DNA from: Dehalococcoidia bacterium
Lineage (GTDB): Bacteria; Chloroflexota; Dehalococcoidia; SM23-28-2; RBG-16-64-32
DNA length: 64,000 nucleotides
Assembly: GCA_963665775.2 (NCBI GenBank)
Contig: CAXXTF010000002.1
Location: 1,056,001 to 1,120,000 of the forward strand
Direction of reading: 5' to 3'
Shown here: positions 1-9,164 of the stretch, piece by piece
Position numbering within the stretch: the stretch's first letter is position 1
Layout: each line of letters starts with the position of its first letter
Translations under genes and position numbers: made by a program
The notes under the pieces: generated by a model
What the model was told of the DNA's origin: nothing
The model's database searches: none
What the model saw: only the letters and a program-made list of their open reading frames with translations

Positions 1-327
1 GCCCCCCTGGAGGGGGTTGGCCGTCTCCACCCAGCGACCATCCAGCAACCGGTACTCGCTCTCGGCCGCGCAGGAGATACGAAGGGAGTCCGGCCCCACC
101 TCCAGCAGCTCCATGCTCTGGATGCCGCGCCAGACTTCGGGAGGAACCTCCTTGGGTCGCCGCGACGATCGCCAAGCGCCGATGGCGTCTTCCAGAATCT
201 GCCGGATCACCTCGACATCGCCGGCAGCGGCGGCCTTTCGCCAGGCCAAAGAGGCGCGCGTCCCCTGAATGACGACATACCCCACCACCAGGAAAATGAT
301 GGCTATGACGATAACGCCCCACACCAT
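1..327 (-). CDS. Hypothetical membrane-anchored protein (3' end runs off the window)
   Basis: Read manually on the minus strand from ATG at 327, 1 nt after the aroE stop: MVWGVIVIAIIFLVVGYVVIQGTRASLAWRKAAAAG...; N-terminal hydrophobic helix, no stop before the edge. Confidence 0.7.
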   Translation of the reverse strand, partial: MVWGVIVIAIIFLVVGYVVIQGTRASLAWRKAAAAGDVEVIRQILEDAIGAWRSSRRPKEVPPEVWRGIQSMELLEVGPDSLRISCAAESEYRLLDGRWVETANPLQGG

Positions 328-328
328 G

Positions 329-1201
329 CTACTGTCCCCCTCCCGATCCAACGGAGTCCAGGGCCTCACGCGCAGCGGCGAACATTAGGTCGAGCGGCGG
401 CTCACGACCGGTCCATACCTGGAAGGAGGCCGCGCCCTGATATACGAGCATGGGAAGGCCACCCAGGACACGGGCACCGCGGCGGCGGGCAGCAGCCATC
501 AGTTTCGTCTCCTGAGGACGGTAGAGCAGGTCGAAGATTAGAGCGCCCTCAGGTATGGCGTCTATAGGCACAGGCGATTCCTTCTCCTCCGGGATTCCGG
601 CAAGGCCGACCGAGGTACAGTTTATCAGAAGCTGCCAGCCGACGCCGGAAGCCGTCCAGGAGGCATTCGTATACGGCAGAGCATCGAGCTGCGTGGGGCC
701 GGCGATGGGCTGGATCTCCGCTACGAGGCGCTCGGCGCGGGCGAAAGTGCGGTTGATGACGGAGACGGACGCAGCGCCGACCTCGATGAGGGCGACCGCG
801 ACGGCGCGGGCGGCGCCGCCGGCCCCTACTACCAGGGCACGGCAGCCGCTAGCCTCGAAGCCGGCGTCCTCCCTGAGGGCGCGAAGGAAGCCATCCACGT
901 CAGTGTTGCTACCGTGGAGGCGCCCCCCTTGGTCGACGATGGTGTTCACGGCCCCCACGCGGCGGGCGACTTCGGTCAGGTCGTCAAGGTGAGGGATGAC
1001 AGCCTCCTTGTGGGGGATCGTGACGTTGGCCCCCAGGCAATCGCTCGCGCGCAGTCGTTGCATCCGCTCGGCCAAGCGATCCGGGGGCGTTTCCCAGGCC
1101 TCGTAGCGGATGTCGAGGCCCAGGTGGTCCAGGGCCGCCTGCTGGAAGAGGGGCGAGAGGGTATGCCCTAACGGGTAGCCGACGACTCCGATGTACTTCA
1201 C
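329..1201 (-). CDS. aroE: Shikimate dehydrogenase
   Basis: GYPLGHTLSP, GANVTIPHKE, GAVNT, NTDVDGF, GAGGAARA and MLVYQG motifs. Confidence 0.96.
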   Translation of the reverse strand: MKYIGVVGYPLGHTLSPLFQQAALDHLGLDIRYEAWETPPDRLAERMQRLRASDCLGANVTIPHKEAVIPHLDDLTEVARRVGAVNTIVDQGGRLHGSNTDVDGFLRALREDAGFEASGCRALVVGAGGAARAVAVALIEVGAASVSVINRTFARAERLVAEIQPIAGPTQLDALPYTNASWTASGVGWQLLINCTSVGLAGIPEEKESPVPIDAIPEGALIFDLLYRPQETKLMAAARRRGARVLGGLPMLVYQGAASFQVWTGREPPLDLMFAAAREALDSVGSGGGQ

Positions 1202-2256
1202 TGGCCCAGATACCTGTTCACGTTCTCTAGATGCCCCTCGAACGTCTCGGCGAAGGCATGCGAGCCGTCCAACTTCGCCACGAAGAAGAGATATTCCGTA
1301 TCCGCCGGCCGGATAACGGCGATGATCGAGGCGAGGCCGGGACTCGCTATAGGACCCGGTGGCAAGGCTGGCACGCCGTACGTATTGTACGGCGAATCGA
1401 CCTCCAGGTCTTCCTGGGTCAGCTCACGCTTCCAGTAGCCGTATTCCGCGACGCTGTCCGGATCGGCAGCTATCGCGTACTGGACGGTGGGGTCGGCCTC
1501 CATGGGCATCCCCAGACTGAGACGGGCCAGAAACACCTGGGCGATGATGGGACGCTCCTCGTCAATCTGAGCTTCCCGCTCCACAAGGGAGGCGATGGTG
1601 AGAATCTCGTGGAAAGTGAGGCCACCCAGGGTGGCCTCCTCCCGCAACGCCGAGGGGATCTTATCATCGAATCTCTGAAGCATGCCCTCGATGAAGTCGC
1701 GGGCGGACGTGTCGCTGCGGCGGAAGGTGTACGTATCCGGAAACAGGAAGCCCTCCAGGCTCTGTCCCGGGCCGAGATCGGCAAGGAAATCGAAGTCATA
1801 CTCGCCGGCATGGGCAGCGGCCAGGAACTCCTCACGCGGGATGCCGTGCTCCGCCAGAGCGTCCGCGATCTGCTCCAGACGCCAGCCCTCGACGATCGTA
1901 ACCTCGCGGGTGGCGATGCTGCCGCGCCGCATGAGGTAGACGGCCTCCAGCGCCGGCATGCCGGACCGGAACTCGTAGTCGCCCGCCTGGAGCACCCGAT
2001 CGTAGCCGAGAAGGGCAACCAGGGCGCGGAACTGGACGTCTGATTCGATGACGCCCAGCTCTTCCAGCAGCTGGCCGATCTCCGCTGGACTCTGACCGGG
2101 CTCGATGGTCACGTCGATGGGCTGGCCGGGAGTCGCGGCGGGAACGGCTACGGGAGCATCCTCCGGGATCGTGTCCGGGCTTTCGCTGATCTGCCAGACG
2201 GCGATGGCAGTCACGAATACCACCAGGAAGCCGACAACGACAGGTAGTTGGCGCAT
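1198..2256 (-). CDS. mltG: Endolytic transglycosylase MltG (YceG family)
   Basis: N-terminal TM helix, LEGFLFPDTY, ASLVEREA, ADPTVQY, SPYNTY, LPPGPIASPG; start placed at MRQLP. Confidence 0.93.
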   Translation of the reverse strand: MRQLPVVVGFLVVFVTAIAVWQISESPDTIPEDAPVAVPAATPGQPIDVTIEPGQSPAEIGQLLEELGVIESDVQFRALVALLGYDRVLQAGDYEFRSGMPALEAVYLMRRGSIATREVTIVEGWRLEQIADALAEHGIPREEFLAAAHAGEYDFDFLADLGPGQSLEGFLFPDTYTFRRSDTSARDFIEGMLQRFDDKIPSALREEATLGGLTFHEILTIASLVEREAQIDEERPIIAQVFLARLSLGMPMEADPTVQYAIAADPDSVAEYGYWKRELTQEDLEVDSPYNTYGVPALPPGPIASPGLASIIAVIRPADTEYLFFVAKLDGSHAFAETFEGHLENVNRYLGQ

Positions 2257-2257
2257 G

Positions 2258-2683
2258 CTAGTCAGAGGGCCGCCGGCTATCCAGGTAGGCCTGCAGGATG
2301 ATGGCGGCCGCCGCGGCATCGCGGCTGCCGACGGGGGCTCTGCGACCTCCCCTACGGCGTCGCTTCCCCTCGGCTGGACGACGTCCGGCCTGGACGCTGG
2401 TCAAGCGCTCGTCCCAGGTGTGGACGGGAAGGGTCAGGCGATCAGCCAGGGCGTCGACCAGGGCCTGGACGCGATCGGCCTGGGGACCGACGGCGCCCGA
2501 CAGGGAGAAGGGCATGCCGACGACGAGCGCATCGGCCTGCTGCTCCTGGACGAGCCGAGCGATCGCCTCGACCGGATCGCCCGCGACCGTCATGGTGTCG
2601 ATGGGGATAGCGATGCGGGTGCGGTCGTCGGCGGCGGCGACACCGATGCGCCGTTCGCCGACATCGATGGCCAGAATGCGCAT
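2258..2683 (-). CDS. ruvX: YqgF/RuvX family pre-16S rRNA nuclease
   Basis: MRILAIDVGERRIGVA, VVGMP, WDERLTS, DAAAAAIILQAYL; canonical alaS-yqgF-mltG order. Confidence 0.93.
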   Translation of the reverse strand: MRILAIDVGERRIGVAAADDRTRIAIPIDTMTVAGDPVEAIARLVQEQQADALVVGMPFSLSGAVGPQADRVQALVDALADRLTLPVHTWDERLTSVQAGRRPAEGKRRRRGGRRAPVGSRDAAAAAIILQAYLDSRRPSD

Positions 2684-2684
2684 C

Positions 2685-5669
2685 CTACGTTCGGGCCGCC
2701 ATCTCCCGGACGATCTCCGGTACTGCCGCCAGCGCCTCGTCCAGCTTCCGGGGGTCCTTGCCGCCGCCCTGCGCCATCTCCGGCCGGCCACCGCCGCCGC
2801 CGCCGGCGATTGTGGCGACCCGCTTCAGCAGCTGGCCGGCATGCTGGCCACGCTGAGTGAGATCGGGGCTCACTATCGCCACGAACTGCGGCCGACCCTC
2901 GATGGCACTGCCCAGCACGGCCACGCCGGAGGAGATCGCCTTGCGAACGCCGTCGCCGAGGTAGCGGAGGGCGTCCAGGCTGGGGGCGTCCACCCGGGCA
3001 GCCAGAACCCGAACGTCGCCCACCTCCACGGCACCCTGAAGAAGCTGCTCGGTGGTGGGGGCCGAGGCCAGGGAGCGCTCCAGCCGCTCAATGCGCTTGC
3101 GCTGAGCGTCGATCTCGGAGAGGAGGGCCTCGACCTTGCCTGGCAGGGCGTCCCGGGGAGCGCTCAGACGGCGGGCCATCTCGTCCAGGGCGGCCTGCTG
3201 GCCACGCACGTACTCCTCGGCGCCGCGGCCGGTGAGCGCCTCGATGCGGCGCATGCCGGCGCCGATGGAGGACTCGCCGGTGATGAGACAGTAGCCGATG
3301 TCGCCGGTGTGATGGCAGTGGGTACCGCCGCACAGCTCGGCGCTGAACCTGGGGACGACGGAGTTGACCTCGACGACGCGGACCTCCTCGGCGTACTTCT
3401 CGCCGAAGAAGGCGAGGACGCCCTCGCTCATCGCCTGATCGAAGCTGGTCAGCCGGGTCTCGACCTGGAGGTTCTGGCGAATCTTGTCGTTCACCAGCCG
3501 CTGCACCTCGGCGATCTGCTCCGACGTCATCGCCTCCGTATGGGTGAAGTCGAAACGCAGGTGGTCCGGCGCGACCAGGGAGCCGGCCTGGCGGACGTGG
3601 CTGCCCAGGACGCGACGCAGAGCCGCGTGGAGAAGGTGGGTGGCGGTGTGGTTGCGCATGGTGTCGGCGCGGCGCTGGGGGTCCACCTGAGCCTTGACCG
3701 TCTGGCCGACAGCGATGCGCCCTTCGACAACGCGGCCCCGGTGGACGATGAGCCGCTCGGCGACGCGCTGGGTGTCCTCCACGGCCATGCGACCCTGCGG
3801 CCCGACGATCTCGCCCTGGTCGCCCACCTGGCCGCCGCCCTCGGGGTAGAAGGGGGTCTCGGCCAGGAGAACCTCCACCTCGGCGGGTGGCTCGGCAGAC
3901 TCGATGGCCGCTCGTGGTTCGACAGGCTCACCATGAGCGGCCTTGTCCTCCGCTCGTCCTGAGCCCGTCGAAGGGCGAGTGGCGATGATACCGAGAACCG
4001 TGGTCTCGGTTTCCAGCGTCTCGTAGCCGCAGAAGGCGTTCTCCGTATCACCTAGGGAGGCGTAGACCGCCTCGGCAGCCACAGCCCCGGCGCCTTTGGC
4101 GGCGGCGCGCGCCCTCTCCCGCTGCCGCTCCATTAGCGCATCAAAACCGGCCTCGTCCACGGTGAAGTCGCGCTCGCGGGCGATCTCTCGTGTCAGCTCA
4201 ATCGGGAACCCGTAGGTGTCGTGGAGGAGGAAGGCTTCTCGCCCGCTTAGTGTCCGGCTTGGCGAACCACCACCCCTTAGGCTGTCCTCCAATTCGGGGC
4301 GGGTTATTTCGTCAATTATCGCGTTTCGCTGTGCTTTATCAGCGTAGCCCAATATCTCATTATGTCTATTTCCGAGCGACTCAGCTAAGCCAATAGCCAT
4401 AACCTTAAACGCCATTATCTCTGTCAGTAGCTGCTCGCCAGAAGTCAACGTCCTTCGAGACTGCTGCTCTTCGCTAATGATGGCTTCGAGGATGAATTCC
4501 CTCTGCCTTTGGATTTCCGGATACGCTGCCCGCACAGACTCTACAACTTGCTCCATTACCGGCACGAGGAACGAGTTCCCTGCTTCCCATTTCTGCTTTA
4601 GCTGTTTGACATGAATGCGCCGCGCGAGTTCCTCAACAGAGAGCTCATTAACCGCCCCTTCGCCGTCAGGATGGCGCACCCGTGCCAAATCTAGTAAATG
4701 GAGCTGATAGTACATGGTTCGCCTTAGGAGCTTCCGCACAACGTAGCCTTGCTCCTCCTTGGAGGGTAAAACTGGAGTCTGTTCATCGCCTATCAAGAAT
4801 GCCAGAGCCCTACTGTGCTCCGCCACGATTCGGATCGCGCGGTCGGTGGCCTCGTCCTCCCCGTAGCGCCTGCCGGACAGCTCCTCGATGCGACCGATGA
4901 TGGGCTGGAACAGGTCCGTATCGTAGACGGACGGGAGCCTGGACTTGTCCCAGCCTTCGCTCTCGAACAGGGAGGCCACCGCCATTCGCTCCAGGCCGGC
5001 GCCGGTATCGATGTTCCGAGAGGGCAGGGGGTCGCGCTTCTCGCCGTCACAGAAGTAGGACATGAAGACCAGGTTCCAGATCTCCAGGAAGCGGTCGCAC
5101 TCCTCGTGGTCGGGCTCGCAGGCGGGGCCGCAGCCGAACTGAGGGCCGAAATCGTAGTGGAGCTCGGAGCAGGGGCCGCAGGGGCCGACGTCCCCGGAGA
5201 ACCAGTAGTTATGCTCCTCCCCATAGCGACGGATGCGCTCCTCGGGCACGCCCACCTTGCGCCAGAGATCGAACGCCTCGTCGTCGTCCAGATAGACGGC
5301 CGGCCACAGCCGATCGGGGTCCAGGCCCAGCCAACGCTTGGAAGTGACGTACTCCCAGGCCCAGGGGATCGCCTCCGCCTTGAAGTAGTCGCCCACAGAG
5401 AAGTTGCCCAGCATCTCGAAGAAGGTGAGGTGGGAGGTATCGCCCACGGAGTCGATGTCGCTGGTGCGGAAGCACTTCTGGACGGTCGTCAGGCGGGGGT
5501 GAGGGGGCTTGGCCTGGCCCAGAAAGTACGGCTTGAACTGGACCATGCCGGCGCTGGTGAAGAGCAGCGTCGGGTCGCCGGCAGGCACGAGCGGGGCGCT
5601 GGGCAGCCGCCGATGGCCCCGCTCCTGGAAGAAGCGGAGAAAGGATTCGCGGACGTCGTAGGAGTTCAA
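2685..5669 (-). CDS. alaS: Alanine--tRNA ligase (with internal insertions)
   Basis: DPTLLFTSAGMVQFK, HLTFFEMLGNFS, IDTGAGLER, DTYGFP, NHTATHLLH, ELCGGTH, GGGGGRPEMAQGGG. Start placed at TTG 5669 (MNSYDVRESF), 9 nt below a TATAAT. Confidence 0.97.
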   Translation of the reverse strand: MNSYDVRESFLRFFQERGHRRLPSAPLVPAGDPTLLFTSAGMVQFKPYFLGQAKPPHPRLTTVQKCFRTSDIDSVGDTSHLTFFEMLGNFSVGDYFKAEAIPWAWEYVTSKRWLGLDPDRLWPAVYLDDDEAFDLWRKVGVPEERIRRYGEEHNYWFSGDVGPCGPCSELHYDFGPQFGCGPACEPDHEECDRFLEIWNLVFMSYFCDGEKRDPLPSRNIDTGAGLERMAVASLFESEGWDKSRLPSVYDTDLFQPIIGRIEELSGRRYGEDEATDRAIRIVAEHSRALAFLIGDEQTPVLPSKEEQGYVVRKLLRRTMYYQLHLLDLARVRHPDGEGAVNELSVEELARRIHVKQLKQKWEAGNSFLVPVMEQVVESVRAAYPEIQRQREFILEAIISEEQQSRRTLTSGEQLLTEIMAFKVMAIGLAESLGNRHNEILGYADKAQRNAIIDEITRPELEDSLRGGGSPSRTLSGREAFLLHDTYGFPIELTREIARERDFTVDEAGFDALMERQRERARAAAKGAGAVAAEAVYASLGDTENAFCGYETLETETTVLGIIATRPSTGSGRAEDKAAHGEPVEPRAAIESAEPPAEVEVLLAETPFYPEGGGQVGDQGEIVGPQGRMAVEDTQRVAERLIVHRGRVVEGRIAVGQTVKAQVDPQRRADTMRNHTATHLLHAALRRVLGSHVRQAGSLVAPDHLRFDFTHTEAMTSEQIAEVQRLVNDKIRQNLQVETRLTSFDQAMSEGVLAFFGEKYAEEVRVVEVNSVVPRFSAELCGGTHCHHTGDIGYCLITGESSIGAGMRRIEALTGRGAEEYVRGQQAALDEMARRLSAPRDALPGKVEALLSEIDAQRKRIERLERSLASAPTTEQLLQGAVEVGDVRVLAARVDAPSLDALRYLGDGVRKAISSGVAVLGSAIEGRPQFVAIVSPDLTQRGQHAGQLLKRVATIAGGGGGGRPEMAQGGGKDPRKLDEALAAVPEIVREMAART
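3908..3979. repeat. Inverted doublet of REP-like palindromes inserted in frame in alaS
   Basis: CCGCTCGTGG-TTCGACAGGCTCA-CCATGAGCGG (3908-3940) and the oppositely oriented CCGCTCGTCC-TGAGCCCGTCGAA-GGGCGAG (3950-3979) share the loop TTCGACRGGCTCA but have different self-complementary stems. Confidence 0.8.
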
Positions 5670-5730
5670 CTTGAGTGGATTATAGCGTGTCCGCGGGGGA
5701 TGGGACACGGCGGGCGGCGGGCGGCTCCGC

Positions 5731-5760
5731 TTGACAGGCGGGCGGCCCTACCGCTAGCAT
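5731..5760 (+). promoter_or_regulatory. Putative sigma70-type promoter for the glmU-like/CNNM operon
   Basis: TTGACA-N18-TAGCAT, divergent from alaS. Confidence 0.5.
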
Positions 5761-5990
5761 GTTTGAAGGAGACCGAAATAGAAGCAGGTTGACCACCTTT
5801 GGATATCAGCGACGAACCTCCCCATAGTTGGGGTTCCCACGTCCTAACGCCTCTCTCCCCACTGCTGTCAGCAGGCGCACGCTTCGCGTCTGATCTGTCG
5901 AGCCGCCCTATTCCATCCGGACTGCTGGACTAGAGCCATGATCGCAGACCAGAGGCCCCGAGGGCCTCGGGGCCTGAGCAGAGGCCAGCC

Positions 5991-6731
5991 GTGACCAAGG
6001 CGACCACCAATGCCCAACGAGGCGCCAAGCGGTCGGCCGCCCTGGCGGCGCTGCGGGCGCAGACGGAAGAGCGACTCGCCCAGTGTCTCCGGCTAATGGA
6101 GTCCGGAGTGCGGATCGTGGATCCGGCGACGACGTACGTGGAGCCGACCGTGACCGTAGGCGAAGGCACGGTGATACACCCCAACACGACGATCGCCGGC
6201 GATAGCGCCATCGGGGGGCGCTGCCGCATCGGCCCCAACACCGTCATCACCGATTGCCGCATCGGGGACGACGTGGCGGTGGTGGCGTCGATGCTGGAGG
6301 GGGCAGTGCTGGAGGCGGGGACGGACGTCGGCCCCTTCAGCCACCTGCGGCCGGGCACTCACCTGGAGGCGGATGTACATATCGGTAACTTCGTCGAGAT
6401 CAAGGCCTCCCGCCTGGGCCGAGGAACGAAAGTGGGCCACTTCACTTACCTGGGAGACGCCCAGGTGGAGGCCCAGGTTAACATCGGCGCGGGGACGGTT
6501 ACCTGCAACTACGACGGCGAGAAGAAGAGCGAGACCGTGATCGAGGAGGGCGCCTTCATCGGCAGCGACACGATGCTTGTGGCGCCGGTGCGGGTAGGCC
6601 GCAACGCATCCACCGGTGCTGGCTCGGTAGTTACCCACGATGTGCCCGCTGGGACTCAAGTGGTGGGAGTGCCGGCGCGCCGCGCCGCTCGGATGCGCTC
6701 ACAAAGGCAGGTGCTTAAACAGCTTGGATAG
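5991..6731 (+). CDS. Stand-alone GlmU C-terminal (glucosamine-1-phosphate N-acetyltransferase, hexapeptide-repeat) domain
   Basis: [65 protein letters not shown]; no N-terminal uridyltransferase domain. Confidence 0.85.
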   Translation: MTKATTNAQRGAKRSAALAALRAQTEERLAQCLRLMESGVRIVDPATTYVEPTVTVGEGTVIHPNTTIAGDSAIGGRCRIGPNTVITDCRIGDDVAVVASMLEGAVLEAGTDVGPFSHLRPGTHLEADVHIGNFVEIKASRLGRGTKVGHFTYLGDAQVEAQVNIGAGTVTCNYDGEKKSETVIEEGAFIGSDTMLVAPVRVGRNASTGAGSVVTHDVPAGTQVVGVPARRAARMRSQRQVLKQLG

Positions 6732-7992
6732 CGATAGCTGGCCAGGAGTCATCCTCCTGGTGTTCGCAATCATCGGTTTCACCTTCGTGGTGGCTGCCGA
6801 GGCGGGCGTCATCGCCGGCGTGCGGGCGCGAGCGTTGAAGGAGCCGGCGGAGTCGCGCCTGGAAGCGCTGCGTCGCTTCTCCCAGGAGCGCCAGGTGACG
6901 TTATCGTCGCTCGCTCTGGCCCGAACCCTCACGCTGGTGGGCATTACGGCCATCGTAGTGTTCCTGGTCCTCCAGGAGACCGGGCAGAGCTGGGCAGCCC
7001 TGGCGGCAGCGGCCTTCGCCACCCTCTTCGGGCTGATGCTACTGCAAGCCTTTCCGCGCCTGTTGGTGTCCCAGGACACGGAGCGCTGGCAGCAGCTACT
7101 AGAGCCGTTCGTCTCCTTCGTGCGGCTGGCCTTTAGAGTACCGGCGTCGCTCCTGGAGTTGCCGGTGGTGGCGCTCCTGCGCTGGTGGAGCCGAAGGTAT
7201 CCCCAGGCTGACGTCGAGGCGGAGGAGGTGATCCGCCTGGCGGCGCTGGAGGAGACGAACGGCGCCCTCCCGGAAGAGGAACGGCAGATGATCCGCGGCA
7301 TCCTAGAGTTAGAGCAGACGCCGGTGCGAGAGGTGATGGTGCCCCGAATAGACATGATGGCGGTGGAGGCGAACGACCACTTCGACGTAGCGACCCAGAT
7401 GATGGTGGACAAGGGGTTTAGCCGCCTCCCCGTGTACGAAGGGACGATCGACAACATCGTGGGCGTGGCCCACGGCAAGGATGTTCTCAAGTGTCTGGCC
7501 AAGGGCACCGGCCCCGTGAGCCTACGGGAGATATCGCGGCCGGCCTACTTCGTCCCAGAGAGCAAACGGGTGGACGAGATGCTGACCGAGATGCGACAAC
7601 GCCGCATATCTGTCGCCATTGTGGTGGACGAGTACGGGGGCACGGCGGGCCTGGTGACCGTTGAGGACCTACTGGAAGAGATCGTGGGTGAGATCCAGGA
7701 CGAGTTCGACGTCCAGGAGCAGGAAGTACAGATCGTCACGGAGAGCGAGGCCATCGTGGACGCCCGAGTGGGGATCGAGGCCCTGAACGAAATCTTTGAA
7801 GTGACGATCGAGAAGGACGACTTCGACAGCATCGGCGGGTTCGTCGTCCATGAGCTGGGACGCATGCCGAATGTGGGCGACGAGGTCAGGGTCAACGGGC
7901 TGACCCTGCGCGTGCTCAGCGTCACCGGTCGGCGCATCAAGAGGGTGCGAGTGACCAAGGTGGGAACGCCGGTGGAGCACGGGAGCTCTTGA
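6724..7992 (+). CDS. Hemolysin/CNNM family protein (DUF21-CBS-CorC)
   Basis: TM helices, [47 protein letters not shown]; TTG start overlaps the upstream stop. Confidence 0.92.
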   Translation: MDSDSWPGVILLVFAIIGFTFVVAAEAGVIAGVRARALKEPAESRLEALRRFSQERQVTLSSLALARTLTLVGITAIVVFLVLQETGQSWAALAAAAFATLFGLMLLQAFPRLLVSQDTERWQQLLEPFVSFVRLAFRVPASLLELPVVALLRWWSRRYPQADVEAEEVIRLAALEETNGALPEEERQMIRGILELEQTPVREVMVPRIDMMAVEANDHFDVATQMMVDKGFSRLPVYEGTIDNIVGVAHGKDVLKCLAKGTGPVSLREISRPAYFVPESKRVDEMLTEMRQRRISVAIVVDEYGGTAGLVTVEDLLEEIVGEIQDEFDVQEQEVQIVTESEAIVDARVGIEALNEIFEVTIEKDDFDSIGGFVVHELGRMPNVGDEVRVNGLTLRVLSVTGRRIKRVRVTKVGTPVEHGSS

Positions 7993-8042
7993 CGCCGTCG
8001 CTTTAGTGGCCGTCCGGGGCTGTGCTAGAATGACCTGCTGAA

Positions 8043-9161
8043 ATGACAGCCCCAAGCGAGCTCAAGTACTGGGTCGCATTCCACCGCATCTCCGGCGTTG
8101 GCCGGGTGCGCTACTCCCTGCTGCTGAAACACTTCCGCACGCTGGGGGAGGCCTGGCAGGCCGGGCCAGGCGAGCTTCAGGCGGCCGGCCTGGAGAAACG
8201 GGTGGTTCAGCATATCCTGAGCGAGCGGCCGCAGATCGACGCCGACGAGGAGATGGAGAGGCTAAACCAGCACAGGGTGCGGGCCCTGACCTGGGACGAT
8301 CCGGCCTACCCGCCGCGTCTGAAGGAGATATACGACCCGCCACCGCTGCTTTACCTTCGCGGGGAGCTTTCCGAGAGCGATGAGTGGTCGCTAGCGCTGG
8401 TGGGGACCCGGCGACCCACGCCCTACGGCAGGCAAGTAGCCGAGGAGCTGGCCTTTGGCCTGGCGGGCAACCGCATCTGCGTGGTGAGCGGCCTGGCCCG
8501 CGGTATCGACGCCATCGTCCACAGGGCGGCGCTGGAGGCCAGAGGCCGCACGATCGCGGTCATGGCCTGCGGCCTGGACATCGTGTATCCGCGGGAGCAC
8601 GCCAAGCTGGCCCGGGAGATTATGGAGCGGGGCGTCCTGGTGAGCGACTATCCCCTGGGCACGCAGCCGCGAGGCGAATACTTCCCTCGGCGCAACCGCA
8701 TCATGTCCGGGCTAAGCCTGGGAACGCTGGTCGTGGAAGGCGACATGGGGAGCGGGGCGCTGATCACCGCCAAGCTAGCGCTGGAGCAAGACCGAGAGGT
8801 GTTCGCCGTGCCCGGGAGCATCTTTTCGGCCCAGAGCCACGGCACCAACTGGCTGATCCAGCAAGGGGCGAAACTCGTACTGCGAGTGGAGGACATCCTG
8901 GAGGAGCTGAACCTGACGATGGTGCCACAACAAACGGAGATGAAGGAGTTGATCCCGACCACCGATACTGAGACCGATCTCTTACGTTATATATCTAAGG
9001 AGCCTGTGCACATCGATGAAGTCTGCCGTCAGAGCGGCCTCCCCGCCTCGACCGTGAGCAGCGTGCTGACTATGCTGGAGTTGAAAGGGTTGGTGCGTCA
9101 GATGGGGCCGACGGCGTACGTGCGGGCCAGAGAAACGCAGACGGCATACGGAGGTAATTAG
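8043..9161 (+). CDS. dprA: DNA-processing protein DprA
   Basis: VGTRRPTPYG, VVSGLARGID, FPRRNRIMSGLS, SGALITA, REVFAVPG; C-terminal winged helix; extended -10 TGCTAGAAT just upstream. Confidence 0.96.
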   Translation: MTAPSELKYWVAFHRISGVGRVRYSLLLKHFRTLGEAWQAGPGELQAAGLEKRVVQHILSERPQIDADEEMERLNQHRVRALTWDDPAYPPRLKEIYDPPPLLYLRGELSESDEWSLALVGTRRPTPYGRQVAEELAFGLAGNRICVVSGLARGIDAIVHRAALEARGRTIAVMACGLDIVYPREHAKLAREIMERGVLVSDYPLGTQPRGEYFPRRNRIMSGLSLGTLVVEGDMGSGALITAKLALEQDREVFAVPGSIFSAQSHGTNWLIQQGAKLVLRVEDILEELNLTMVPQQTEMKELIPTTDTETDLLRYISKEPVHIDEVCRQSGLPASTVSSVLTMLELKGLVRQMGPTAYVRARETQTAYGGN

Positions 9162-9164
9162 AGT

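Noticed and set aside
2298-3962. Long antisense ORFs (also 14667-15863, 48989-50188, 61850-63334 and others)
   Set aside because: Shadow frames of well-supported genes in GC-rich DNA, with no recognisable motifs.
5799-5933. Possible 44-codon ORF (TTG start, MDISDEPPHSW...) in the glmU-like leader
   Set aside because: Weak start, no well-placed RBS, no recognisable motif; cannot be supported.
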